NCBI GenBank assembly: GCA_963828735.1
Contig: CAWHFW010000003.1
Coordinates: 128,001-192,000 of the forward strand
Reading direction: 5' to 3'
DNA from: an uncultured Gemmatimonadales bacterium
GTDB lineage: Bacteria; Gemmatimonadota; Gemmatimonadetes; Gemmatimonadales; GWC2-71-9
DNA: 64,000 nucleotides
Both the position numbers and the translations under genes were made by a program. Each line of letters begins with the position of its first letter. The stretch's first letter is position 1. Positions 9,319 through 18,493 of the stretch are shown here, in pieces. Below the pieces are notes generated by a model, which was not told the DNA's origin, did not search any database, and saw only the letters and a program-made list of their open reading frames with translations.

Positions 9319-10587
9319 ATGAACATCGCCACGACGTTGGAGGGCGACACCGCGGCCCAGGTGCGCCTCGCCGGCCGGCTCGACGGTGAGGCTGCCGCCC
9401 AGCTCGCCGACACCCTGGAGCGACTGCTCCGTGACGGCCGCCGTGCCGTGGTCCTCGAGATGAGCGGCGTGACCTACCTGAGCTCGCCCGGCGCGCTGGC
9501 GATCCAGCAGGCGTCCCAGGACTGGGGCTCGCTTCGCAGAGAGCTCCGCATCCAGGCGCCGTCCCAGGCAGCCCGGGACGCGCTCGCCCCGGCGGACCTG
9601 CTTCCCCGGCTGCTCGAGTCCGCGACCGCCGACCGCCGTGCCGCGTTTGGCCCTCCGCCGATCGATCAGACCAGTGAGTCCTGGCGGGTCCCCGCCGCGC
9701 ACGACACGCGAGGCACCTACGAGGTGACCTCGCGCGAGCCGGGTGCGGAGCTTTCGTGCCGGGTCTACGGCCGCCCGGAAAGCGCCATGCGCGGGTGGAT
9801 CCAACCGGCGGACTATCACCAGGTCGAGTTCCCGGAGGCTTCGTTTGGTCTGGGACTGGGTGCCCTGGGCTCGTCGCGCCCCGAGGCGGCCGCGCGACTA
9901 GGGGAGCTGGTCGCGGCCGCCGGCGCCGTCGCCCACCTGCCCACGCTGGGCGCGCAGGTGCCCGACTTCGACATGGGCCTGGGAGGCCGAGCCCCGCTGG
10001 CCTACGTGGTTTCGGGGATGATGTGCAGCGGCGGGTTCTCCCTCCTCACGCGCTTCTCCAGCGCGACCGAGGCGGCCCCCGTGCCCCTGAGCGAGCTTGC
10101 CCGCGTCTGCCTCGACGGCGTCGCCGGGCACACGGCGGGCCTCGTCATCGTGGCCGAGGCGACCGGACTGGTGGGAGCGTGGCTTCGGCGCAGTCCGGGC
10201 GTCGAGCCGCCCAGCCTGCATCTCCACCTCCAGGGCGTGCGCGACTGGCTCGGCACGACTCCGCAGCCCATCCACCAGGGAACTACCGTGCTCGCCGCGG
10301 GCGTGGTCACCCGGCGCCCCGACGCGGCTCTCGCGCCGTTTCTCCGGCCGATCGCGCCTGACAGCGACATGCTCGGCCACTTTCATGCGGTGGCGTTCAC
10401 CTATCGACCCGTGCCGCAGCGCACGGTCGCCCTTCGCGCCGTCGTCACTCGGCTCTTCGGGCAGCAACGCGTTCGCGGACTGCTCCATCTGATCGGCGAT
10501 GATCGTGGCCCGGCCGGCGCGGGACAGAGTGCCTTCCGGCGGGGCCTGTGCTGGGCAGGTCCGGTTACGCGGGTGGCAGGCGCGTGA
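9319..10587 (+). CDS. STAS (anti-sigma factor antagonist) domain protein with large uncharacterised C-terminal domain
   Basis: N-terminal LAGRLD, VVLEMSGVTYLSSPG STAS signature; about 300 aa extension with GHFHA motif. Confidence 0.8.
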   Translation: MNIATTLEGDTAAQVRLAGRLDGEAAAQLADTLERLLRDGRRAVVLEMSGVTYLSSPGALAIQQASQDWGSLRRELRIQAPSQAARDALAPADLLPRLLESATADRRAAFGPPPIDQTSESWRVPAAHDTRGTYEVTSREPGAELSCRVYGRPESAMRGWIQPADYHQVEFPEASFGLGLGALGSSRPEAAARLGELVAAAGAVAHLPTLGAQVPDFDMGLGGRAPLAYVVSGMMCSGGFSLLTRFSSATEAAPVPLSELARVCLDGVAGHTAGLVIVAEATGLVGAWLRRSPGVEPPSLHLHLQGVRDWLGTTPQPIHQGTTVLAAGVVTRRPDAALAPFLRPIAPDSDMLGHFHAVAFTYRPVPQRTVALRAVVTRLFGQQRVRGLLHLIGDDRGPAGAGQSAFRRGLCWAGPVTRVAGA

Positions 10588-11522
10588 ACCTCCTTGTCGG
10601 CGCCCTATCCATCGGTTTTCTCCTCTCTCTGCTCACCCTGGGCGTCTTCATCACCTACCGGGTGATGGGCCGCCTCGACCTGACGACCGACGGCTCCTTC
10701 GGGCTGGGTGGCGCGGTAGCCGCTGCCCTGCTCGCGCACGGGGTGCATCCCATCCTCGCGACGGTGGCGGCCGCGGCCGCGGGCTGGCTCGCCGGCGCTA
10801 CCACCGGGCTCATCTACGTGATGCTGGGCATCGACACGCTGCTCGCCGGCATCCTGGTGACCACCGCGATCTACACCGTCCAGCTCTACGTCATGGGCGG
10901 CGGGAACCGCTCGCTGGGGGCGCTGGACACGCTGCCTGCCGTCGCCGAGCGCGTCTGGCACGCACTCCACCTGCCCGACGCGGTGATGCTCGCGGGCACG
11001 AGCGTGCGCGCGGGACTGTTCTCGTCGCTCACGGTGTTCGTAGCCTGGGTGCTGTTCAGCGTCTGGATCCTCGCGCGCTTCCTGCGTACCGATCTCGGGC
11101 TCGCGATGCGGGCCGCGGGCGGCAACGCTCAGGCGTCGCGCGCGCTCGGGGTCGACACCGGGCTCATGGTGACCCTCGGTCTGGTGCTCGCGAACGGCCT
11201 CGTCGCGCTCGCAGGCGCCCTCTTCGCGCAGTACGAGGGGTTCGCGAACGTCTCCATGGGGATCGGGATGATCGTCTCCGGGCTCGCCTGCCTGGTGTTG
11301 GGCGAGGGATTGCTCGGTCGCGGAACACTGCGCCGCCAGATCGCGGGCACCATGTTCGGCACCATCGCGTTTCGACTCCTCGTGGCGCTCGCGCTCGTGG
11401 CCGGCCTTCCGGCCGACGCTCTCAAGCTCTCGACGGCCGCGTTCGTGCTCGCGGCGCTGGTGGTGCCGGGCGCCGCCAGCCGGCTGTGGCGGCGGCTGGA
11501 CCGCGTGGGGGTGCGCCCATGA
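10584..11522 (+). CDS. ABC transporter permease (putative aromatic amino acid / BPD_transp_2 type)
   Basis: DLTTDGSF.LGGAV, LLAGILV, T.LGLAMRA.G.N, LANGLVALAGAL.AQ motifs; hydrophobic; GTGA overlap with STAS gene. Confidence 0.9.
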   Translation: MNLLVGALSIGFLLSLLTLGVFITYRVMGRLDLTTDGSFGLGGAVAAALLAHGVHPILATVAAAAAGWLAGATTGLIYVMLGIDTLLAGILVTTAIYTVQLYVMGGGNRSLGALDTLPAVAERVWHALHLPDAVMLAGTSVRAGLFSSLTVFVAWVLFSVWILARFLRTDLGLAMRAAGGNAQASRALGVDTGLMVTLGLVLANGLVALAGALFAQYEGFANVSMGIGMIVSGLACLVLGEGLLGRGTLRRQIAGTMFGTIAFRLLVALALVAGLPADALKLSTAAFVLAALVVPGAASRLWRRLDRVGVRP

Positions 11523-12346
11523 CGGAGCCGGCGCTCGCGGCCACCGGGCTGTCTCACACGTTCTTCCCGGGCACGCCCAGCGAGCAGGTCGCGCTGGAGG
11601 AGGTGGACCTCACGATGGAGCCCAAGGCCTTCGTCGTGGTGCTGGGGGTCAACGGCTCGGGCAAATCCACACTGCTCAACGCAATCGCGGGGACGCTGCC
11701 GGTCGACCGCGGCACCATCCGCCTGGGCGGTCGCGACGTCACCGGCTGGCCCGAGTGGCGCCGCGCGGGCCTGATCGGACGCGTGTTCCAGAATCCGGTG
11801 AGCGGCAGCATCGCGAACCTCACCGTGGCCGAGAACCTCGCCGTCGCGGCCAAGCGCGGCGGTCAGCGCGGCGTCCTGCGCAACGCCCTCGGCCGGGGGC
11901 GGCGCGGAGAGCTGGGCGATCGGGTTCGCGAGCTCGGGTTGGGCCTGGAGGATCGACTCGACACGCCGGTCGGGGCGCTGTCGGGAGGACAGCGACAGGC
12001 GCTTACGCTGCTGATGGCGACTCTGGTCCGCCCCGAGCTCCTCCTGCTCGACGAGCACACGTCGGCGCTCGACCCGCGAAGCACCGAGCAAGTGGTTCAG
12101 CTGACCGCCGAGATCATCCGCAAGGAAGGGCTCACCACGCTCATGGTCACCCACTCGATGCAGCAGGCCGTCGCCCTCGGGGATCGGGTCGTGCTGATGC
12201 ACCGCGGCCGGATCGTCGAGAGCATCGGCGGCGCACGGAAGCGGCAGCTCCGGGTGGAGGAGCTGCTCGACAGCTTCGACCGCCTGCGCAATGCGGATTT
12301 GGTGGACGACTCTGCCGCGGACATGCTACGGCGGTTGTACGTCTGA
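11519..12346 (+). CDS. ABC transporter ATP-binding protein
   Basis: Walker A GVNGSGKS, LSGGQRQ signature, LLLLDEH, VTH; ATGA overlap with permease. Confidence 0.95.
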   Translation: MTEPALAATGLSHTFFPGTPSEQVALEEVDLTMEPKAFVVVLGVNGSGKSTLLNAIAGTLPVDRGTIRLGGRDVTGWPEWRRAGLIGRVFQNPVSGSIANLTVAENLAVAAKRGGQRGVLRNALGRGRRGELGDRVRELGLGLEDRLDTPVGALSGGQRQALTLLMATLVRPELLLLDEHTSALDPRSTEQVVQLTAEIIRKEGLTTLMVTHSMQQAVALGDRVVLMHRGRIVESIGGARKRQLRVEELLDSFDRLRNADLVDDSAADMLRRLYV

Positions 12347-12476
12347 GGACGGGGTCGGCATGCTTCAGGGCCGTGCGGGCCTTGGGGAGTGAAGCTTGTT
12401 GACGGGCGGAGATGTCGGCGGCGGTGGGCGGAAGCCGATCGGATCGAGGGCGGCGGCGTCCGAACAGAGGAGTCTC

Positions 12477-12499
12477 AAGGGTCCCCGGGGGAGACCCTT
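12477..12499. terminator. Hairpin between convergent genes
   Basis: AAGGGTC-cccggggga-GACCCTT inverted repeat abutting the stop codon of the minus-strand gene. Confidence 0.45.
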
Positions 12500-13613
12500 A
12501 CCAGCTCAACGTATACTGCCCTCCCAATGTCATCAGCGTTTCATTGGCGCGGAGGTCGTCGCTCGGGTGGTCGCTCGGCCACGCGCTTCGGTGTGAGGTG
12601 AGTCCGAAGTTGACCGCGAACGCGTTCACGATGTGCACGCTCGCCAGCAGCCGCTCCAGGTCGTCCCGTCGCCGCGACACGATGGCACCGCCGCCGAACG
12701 CGAACGTCTTCTCCGCGGTCAGGCTGACCGGAAGCCGCACCTCGGTCAGGTTGCCGTTGAGTCTGAGACGCGTGCTCACGATCTGGAGCGTCTGCACCCC
12801 ATCGGTATAGATGCCGAGCTGGGAGCTCGCGGTGACTCCTCGAAGAATGACGCTGGGACCGATGCCGACACGCCACGTGGTCCGGTCGCTCACCACGGGA
12901 CTCTCTGCGTCCGCCAGCCACTCGCTCTGATAGGCGTCGACGTGCACGGCCACACCGTAGCTCAGATCGCCGCCGTGCTTCAGAACACGGGCCACGTCGA
13001 GCGACGCCGCGCGCTCGCCGCGGCCGGTGTAGCCCTCCACCCGCCCGCTCCACTGGCGTCCGCTCAGCTCCGCCTGCACCGAATAGATGCCGCTGTTGAG
13101 CGCCTCACGAAACAGCACCGCGCTGTGCGAGCCGACCAGGGACCGCCGGGCGAAGATCGTGTTGTACGCGGCAGTGATCGCGACCGTCCGATGGTTCGCC
13201 TCGGGCAGCACGACTGGAATCTCGTGATAGATCGTCCGGCACACGCCCTGCCGGCACACCTTGATCTCCGCTGGCTTCATGAGCCGCGACAGCAGCTGCC
13301 CCTCGAAGCGCGTGGCGTAGCGCTCGGTCGGCCCCGACTCGCCGAAGTTGGGATCGATGCGCACCCGCAGAGTGTCGTGGGTAGTCCAGTACCGATCGAG
13401 CCCGTTCTCCGAGGCGAAGATGATGCTGTCTACCCGGGGGCTCGTGATCATGAGATCGGCGGGCTGGCCGACGCTGGGCGTGGCCGGCTCCATCCGAATC
13501 GTCACAGGCAGAGGATCGCCCGTGACCTTGGTGGTCTGGGTGGGGATACCGCAACCGATCGCAGCGGTCGCCGAGGCGACGAGCCCGATCCGGGAGATGG
13601 CTCTCTTGAGCAT
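12498..13613 (-). CDS. Hypothetical exported lipoprotein with possible C-terminal beta-barrel
   Basis: ATG 13613, signal ending AAIGC; alternating amphipathic strands; C-terminus LGGQYTLSW. Confidence 0.7.
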   Translation of the reverse strand: MLKRAISRIGLVASATAAIGCGIPTQTTKVTGDPLPVTIRMEPATPSVGQPADLMITSPRVDSIIFASENGLDRYWTTHDTLRVRIDPNFGESGPTERYATRFEGQLLSRLMKPAEIKVCRQGVCRTIYHEIPVVLPEANHRTVAITAAYNTIFARRSLVGSHSAVLFREALNSGIYSVQAELSGRQWSGRVEGYTGRGERAASLDVARVLKHGGDLSYGVAVHVDAYQSEWLADAESPVVSDRTTWRVGIGPSVILRGVTASSQLGIYTDGVQTLQIVSTRLRLNGNLTEVRLPVSLTAEKTFAFGGGAIVSRRRDDLERLLASVHIVNAFAVNFGLTSHRSAWPSDHPSDDLRANETLMTLGGQYTLSW

Positions 13614-13979
13614 CTGGCTGCTCGGGGAAGGACATCCGTGTGGCGACGGCCTGACCACAGTGTAGCGCGAAAAACGCAACCCGGCCAGAGGGTTGGCGCA
13701 AGATTGTGCGGTCCTGCGCTGGTCACCGTTGCTCGGCATGCCGCCTCCACGCACCGTTCACGGCCTCCTGGGAAGCCCGGCGGCACGCCCCCGCCAAGTC
13801 GCGGGGCCGCTGCGCGCTGCTCGAGCACGGACGGATGTACAATGAGATCCCGGCGGTGTCCCGCCGGCTGGTGCGGACAGTCGGCGCGCCGACGGTTGCA
13901 GCGCGACGACCACCCTGTAGAGAGGCTGGGGGGCAAAAGGGCAAGCGGCGTGCCGAGACGGCACGGCGGTGGGAGGCGC

Positions 13980-14708
13980 ATGGCGCAGGTCTGGATCGGG
14001 ACGTCGGGGTACGTCTACCGGCACTGGCGAGCCGGGGTGTTCTATCCGCCGGGCATGTCCGCCCGCGACGAGCTCACCTGGTACGCCGACCGCTTTCGCA
14101 CGGTCGAGCTCAACAATCCTTTCTATCGACCACCGTCACGCGCGACCTATGCGCGCTGGGCGGAGGCGACGCCGAGGGATTTCGTCTTCGCGGTGAAGGT
14201 GAGCCGCGTCATCAGTCACTACCGCCGGCTCCGCGAGGTCGGCGAGCCGCTCGCCCGTTTTCTCGACGACGCCGAGGCCCTGGGCCCGAAGCTCGGCCCG
14301 CTGCTGGTGCAGCTCCCGCCGCAGTTCCAACTCGACCTGGCGGCGCTGCGAGCATTCCTGGCAGTGCTGTCCGAGTCGTTTCGGTGGGTGCTCGAAGTCC
14401 GGCATCCGAGCTGGCAGGTCCCGGCGGTCTACGAGACACTGGCCACCCGTGGGGTGGCCCTCTGCGTTCCGGTCGGCGGGCGTGTCCAGCCGGACCTGGT
14501 AACGACCGCCGCGTTTACCTACGTGCGGATGCACTCAGGAGCCGAAGCCGGGAGGTTCGGTGACGAGGAACTGGCGGTGTGGGCCAGGAGGGTGCGCGCG
14601 CTGGTGCGCTCAGGCAAGGAGGTGTTCGTTTACTTCAACAACGATCGGGAAGGGCATGCGCCGCGCGATGCGGCGAGGCTTCGGGACCGGTTGGGTCTGA
14701 TCCGCTGA
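13980..14708 (+). CDS. DUF72 (YecE-like) TIM-barrel protein, copy 1
   Basis: IGTSGY.Y.HW, FYP, TVELNNPFYR, FAVK..R.ISH, LGPLLVQLPP, YVRMH, VFVYFNND; GGGAGG RBS. Confidence 0.93.
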   Translation: MAQVWIGTSGYVYRHWRAGVFYPPGMSARDELTWYADRFRTVELNNPFYRPPSRATYARWAEATPRDFVFAVKVSRVISHYRRLREVGEPLARFLDDAEALGPKLGPLLVQLPPQFQLDLAALRAFLAVLSESFRWVLEVRHPSWQVPAVYETLATRGVALCVPVGGRVQPDLVTTAAFTYVRMHSGAEAGRFGDEELAVWARRVRALVRSGKEVFVYFNNDREGHAPRDAARLRDRLGLIR

Positions 14709-14888
14709 AAAGCGCGGCGGTCACGACGCGTGCCATCACATCGTCGCGCGCGTCCCGCGGGGAAGGCTCACGGAAGCTCGCGAAAGTTCACCGCCTTCGA
14801 CGCGGCTGCACTGGTCCCTCCTCGGCTCCCCTCAGATCATCCCGACGCAACCGTCGCCCGCACCGACCGTGACACACCGAGAGCCGCG

Positions 14889-15443
14889 TCAGCCGCCGTG
14901 GCGCTCGGGGCCGGGTTCATGCTCCAGTCCGCCGCTGCCCGCCGAGCCGAACTTGGCCGCCGTGAGATGGGCCGTCGCGTTGAACGGCGGTTCGTGCCGC
15001 TCGACGTCCACATAGCGGCCCGGGTCCGCCCGAAAGGCGTCCCGGCAGGTCTCGGAGCAGAAGAAGAACTCCCGGACTCCGTTGCTCGTCCGGGCGCCGG
15101 CCGTAGTCCGATGCACCTCCGCGCCGCAGACGGGATCCCGCGACGGCTGCATGCTGGCCTCCTGTCGAGTCTCGACCGTGCCGGGCACGAGCTCGGGGAC
15201 CGGGTTGAGCTCGTGCACGCCGCACCAGTTCAGCAGCCCGGCTACCTCGGCGGCGTGCTCGCTCGTGTCCACGAGCACCTCGGTGTGCTCGTTCGTGATC
15301 ACGCGGCCTGGACGCGATGCCCGCTTGCTGGCCGGCCGCCAGGGGCCCAGGGCCTGCGTCAGATCGATGCCCCTGGCCTTCATCCGCGCCGCGAGCTCGT
15401 ACACCGTGGTGGGCTCATAGCGCCCGCGCTGCCTGCGTCTCAT
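14889..15443 (-). CDS. Hypothetical N-terminal domain fused to YHS domain (possible internal start at 15152)
   Basis: DPVCG..V, FFFCSETCRDAF..DP.RY YHS motif; RBS-like sequences before both ATG 15443 and ATG 15152. Confidence 0.7.
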   Translation of the reverse strand: MRRRQRGRYEPTTVYELAARMKARGIDLTQALGPWRPASKRASRPGRVITNEHTEVLVDTSEHAAEVAGLLNWCGVHELNPVPELVPGTVETRQEASMQPSRDPVCGAEVHRTTAGARTSNGVREFFFCSETCRDAFRADPGRYVDVERHEPPFNATAHLTAAKFGSAGSGGLEHEPGPERHGG

Positions 15444-15540
15444 GATCGCCTCCCCGAGTGTTCGCTGCTGCAGGATGGCGTCACCGGACGGGGACAAGCG
15501 GTGAGGCCGATCACTCTCCAGACATCCGGGGAATACCCCT

Positions 15541-15579
15541 AAAACGACGGAGCCGCCGCGCCCGAAGGCGCGGCGGCTC
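15541..15579 (-). terminator. Rho-independent terminator of OMP gene
   Basis: 13-bp perfect stem (15550-15562/15567-15579) with cUUCGg loop on minus strand, followed by a short U-run. Confidence 0.75.
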
Positions 15580-15601
15580 GTCACATCCTGTACCGAAGCG
15601 A

Positions 15602-16159
15602 CTAGAAGCGCAGGCCGACGGTCAGCGGAATCATGTAGGCGGTCTTCTCCTCGCCGGTCGTGACGTCGGCGATCCCCTTCATGATGCCGTGGAACCGAGC
15701 CTCGGCGAAGAGCTTCGCCTTGCCCATGCCGAAGTCGAAGCCGGCGCCCGCATTGAAGCCGAACTTGGTCTGCGAATCCGACGAGCCCAGGCCATCGACC
15801 GTGGTCTGGCCGTTGTAGACACCCAGGCCACCGATCAGGTACGGACGGGCCACGCTCGCGCCCGGGAAGGCGAACACCGCGTTGGCAGTGCCACCGACCA
15901 TGCGGCTGTGGCCATCGATCCCGCCCTCGAGGCCGAAGCGGGTGTAGAACGCGTCCACCTGGAAGCCGAGCGGGCTGGCCGGCGGCTGCAGGCGCACGAG
16001 CGCGCTACCGCTGTAGCCGGTCGAATTCGCGTCACTCATCGAGCCGCTCGGGAGCACCACACCACCACCAACGCCAAAGCTCAGGCCCTGCGCATTCGCG
16101 GCCTGCGCCCCGAGCATCACGGCCAGACCAAGGACGGCACCACGGATCGTGCTCTTCAT
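15602..16159 (-). CDS. Outer membrane beta-barrel protein (OmpA/OMP_b-brl-like)
   Basis: Signal ANA-Q; RPYLIGGLG, FGFNAGAGFDF, FAEARFH, terminal GLRF. Confidence 0.88.
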   Translation of the reverse strand: MKSTIRGAVLGLAVMLGAQAANAQGLSFGVGGGVVLPSGSMSDANSTGYSGSALVRLQPPASPLGFQVDAFYTRFGLEGGIDGHSRMVGGTANAVFAFPGASVARPYLIGGLGVYNGQTTVDGLGSSDSQTKFGFNAGAGFDFGMGKAKLFAEARFHGIMKGIADVTTGEEKTAYMIPLTVGLRF

Positions 16160-16231
16160 GGGATCTCCCTCACAAACGGGTGGCTTGAACGCAAGCTCGC
16201 GGAGACGAGCGGACATCTGGCGCGGTGGTCG

Positions 16232-16246
16232 GCAAGCGGCCTGCCA
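16232..16246 (-). promoter_or_regulatory. Sigma54 (-24/-12) promoter for OMP gene
   Basis: Minus strand TGGCAGGCCGCTTGC = GG-N10-GC with TGGCA and TTGC, 73 nt upstream of ATG. Confidence 0.6.
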
Positions 16247-16363
16247 GCCGGCGTTGCAGATGGAAAACATTTAGCCAACCGATTGGGGGGCTTGCTCTTC
16301 TGAGATCGCGGGAGGCCCCGTCGTCGAGCTTTCGACTGTCAGCTTCCTTACAGGTGCGAACGG

Positions 16364-16381
16364 TTGCAGCGCGCGCTGCAA
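16364..16381. promoter_or_regulatory. Perfect 18-bp palindrome, candidate enhancer/operator
   Basis: TTGCAGCGCGCGCTGCAA in divergent intergenic region, about 120 bp upstream of the sigma54 motif. Confidence 0.45.
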
Positions 16382-16482
16382 TGAGACGTGGACAGGCGCA
16401 AGACGGGCCCCTCGGCGCCGAGGGGGCGTCCGGGCCTGATCGGAACCGTGATAGCTTTGGGACGACTCCTCTCCGGACGTCC

Positions 16483-18051
16483 ATGGCCCTCTTCGAGCTC
16501 GTCATCGCCCTCCTGCTGGCCGGCGCAATACTGGCCGCCGTGGCCCGGCGGCTCAACGCGCCCTACCCTGCCCTTCTCGCACTGGCCGGCGCAGCGCTCG
16601 CCCTGATGCCGAACGCGCCGACCGTGACGCTCGATCCCGAGCTCGCGCTCACACTCCTCGTCGCGCCGGTGCTGCTCGACGCGGCCTTCGACTCCTCACC
16701 CCGCGATCTCAGGCAGAACTGGCGCGCGGTGACGGCGCTGGCGCTGGTGGCCGTCGGACTCACCGTCGCCGGTGTCGCAGTCGTCGCGCGCTGGATCCTG
16801 CCCGGCCTGCCCTGGGCCGCCGCCGTGGCGCTCGGTGCCATCGTGGCGCCGCCCGACGCGGCCGCCGCGACCGCGGTGCTCCGGCAGCTTCGGCCCCCGC
16901 ACCGGATCCTGGTGGTTCTCGAGGGCGAGAGCCTGTTCAACGACGCGAGCGCGCTGCTCGTCTACCGGCTTGCCGTCGCGGCGGCGATGACGGGGACGTT
17001 CGGCGGCTGGGCCGCGGTCCCCACGCTCCTCGCGGTAGCGATCGGCAGCGTGCTGCTCGGCGCGGCCCTCTCGCGCGTCCTCATCTGGCTCGCGCCCCGG
17101 ATCACCGACGTGGCAACGGCCGTGGTCGTCCAGTTTCTCGGCACGTTCGCCGTGTGGATGATCGCCGAGCGGCTGCACCTCTCGGGCATCATCACGGTGG
17201 TGGTCTTCGCCATCCTCGTCGCTCGCACGGTGCCCGACCTCATCTCGGGCCGGCTCCGCATCCAGAGCTACGCGGTGTGGGAAGTCGCGGTCTTCGTGCT
17301 CAACGTGCTCGCGTTCATTCTGATCGGGCTCCAGCTCAAGCCGATTCTCGCGCGCCTCACCCGGAGCGAGCTCGAGCTGTACGCCTGGGCGGCGGTCGCG
17401 ATCTGCGTCGCGGTGATCGTGATCCGGATCCTCTGGGTCACGATCTACGCGGCGACGGCGAAATCGCGCCACGAGCGGATCGGCAAGGGCGAAGCCGGCG
17501 TCGTCGCCTGGTGCGGCATGCGCGGCATCGTGACCCTGGCCGCGGCGCTCGCGCTGCCGGATGGGGCGCCCGGCGCGGCATTTCCCTACCGGGACTTCAT
17601 CCTGTTCACCGCGTTCTGCGTCGTGCTCGGCACGCTCGTGATCCAGGGCATGACCGTGCGGCCGCTCATGCGCCTGCTCCGACTCAAGGACGACGGCACC
17701 GTGGACCGGGAGGTTCGCATCGCCCGAGCGGAGACGGCGCGGGCCGGCCTCGCGGTCGTGGACGGCGCCGGAGACAGCGAGATCCTGGCCTTCCTCCGCC
17801 GGAAGTACGTCGCGCGCGTGCGGCGCGTCGAGCAGGACGGGGGCGCCCAGGACGATCCCGAGGTGGAGGGATGGCGCGACTTCAGCGTGGTATTGCAGCA
17901 CGCGCAGGCGGCGGAGCGACGGACGCTGTCGGACCTTCGGGCGCGCGGCGTCATCGGTGACGACGCGTTCCACATGGTCGAGGAGGAGCTCGACTGGTCG
18001 GAGGCGAACACCCAGGCGCGACAGTCCGAGCCCAGGGCGAGGGTCGAGTAG
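16483..18051 (+). CDS. Na+/H+ antiporter, CPA1 (NhaP/YjcE-like)
   Basis: ALGAIVAPPDAAA, LEGESLFNDA, HLSGII, GMRGIVTLAAAL motifs; many TM helices. Confidence 0.93.
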   Translation: MALFELVIALLLAGAILAAVARRLNAPYPALLALAGAALALMPNAPTVTLDPELALTLLVAPVLLDAAFDSSPRDLRQNWRAVTALALVAVGLTVAGVAVVARWILPGLPWAAAVALGAIVAPPDAAAATAVLRQLRPPHRILVVLEGESLFNDASALLVYRLAVAAAMTGTFGGWAAVPTLLAVAIGSVLLGAALSRVLIWLAPRITDVATAVVVQFLGTFAVWMIAERLHLSGIITVVVFAILVARTVPDLISGRLRIQSYAVWEVAVFVLNVLAFILIGLQLKPILARLTRSELELYAWAAVAICVAVIVIRILWVTIYAATAKSRHERIGKGEAGVVAWCGMRGIVTLAAALALPDGAPGAAFPYRDFILFTAFCVVLGTLVIQGMTVRPLMRLLRLKDDGTVDREVRIARAETARAGLAVVDGAGDSEILAFLRRKYVARVRRVEQDGGAQDDPEVEGWRDFSVVLQHAQAAERRTLSDLRARGVIGDDAFHMVEEELDWSEANTQARQSEPRARVE

Positions 18052-18493
18052 GACCGCACGAGACCGGGCCGGACGCGGATGGCGCCCGGCCCGGCGGCGG
18101 CTCGTTCGTCGAGCTAGTGCGCCTGCTTGTTGTTGTGGTCGTTGTCATTCATGGTCGGAATCCCTCTTGGCATAGGTGGTGTCCTGGCCCGGCGCCGCCG
18201 GGCTCGCGCGGCCGGTCTCACCGGGCCGGAGACGCGCGACGGACGTCCCCACCCATTCCACGATCCATGCCATGGCCGGCGCCAGTCCGCCGCGAGTGCT
18301 CAAGCGGTTCGGGCAGTGCCGCTTGCGATCCCGGGGCTCGGCGGGGCGACGCCGTCGGGCAGGCCTGTCCGACGACAAGTTTGTCGGTTCGTCGCGCCGG
18401 CGACGACGCGAATGTCGTCGCTGGTGTTCGTTCGCGCGCCGTCTCAGATTACCTGTTGTCTCGAAGCCCGGTCCCCGCTCATCAGGAGCTCAA

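Noticed and set aside
18114..18152. NDN peptide resembling a tmRNA tag (ANDN...ALAA)
   Set aside because: No ALAA-type C-terminus and no tRNA-like ends (GGGG...CCA, T-loop) visible
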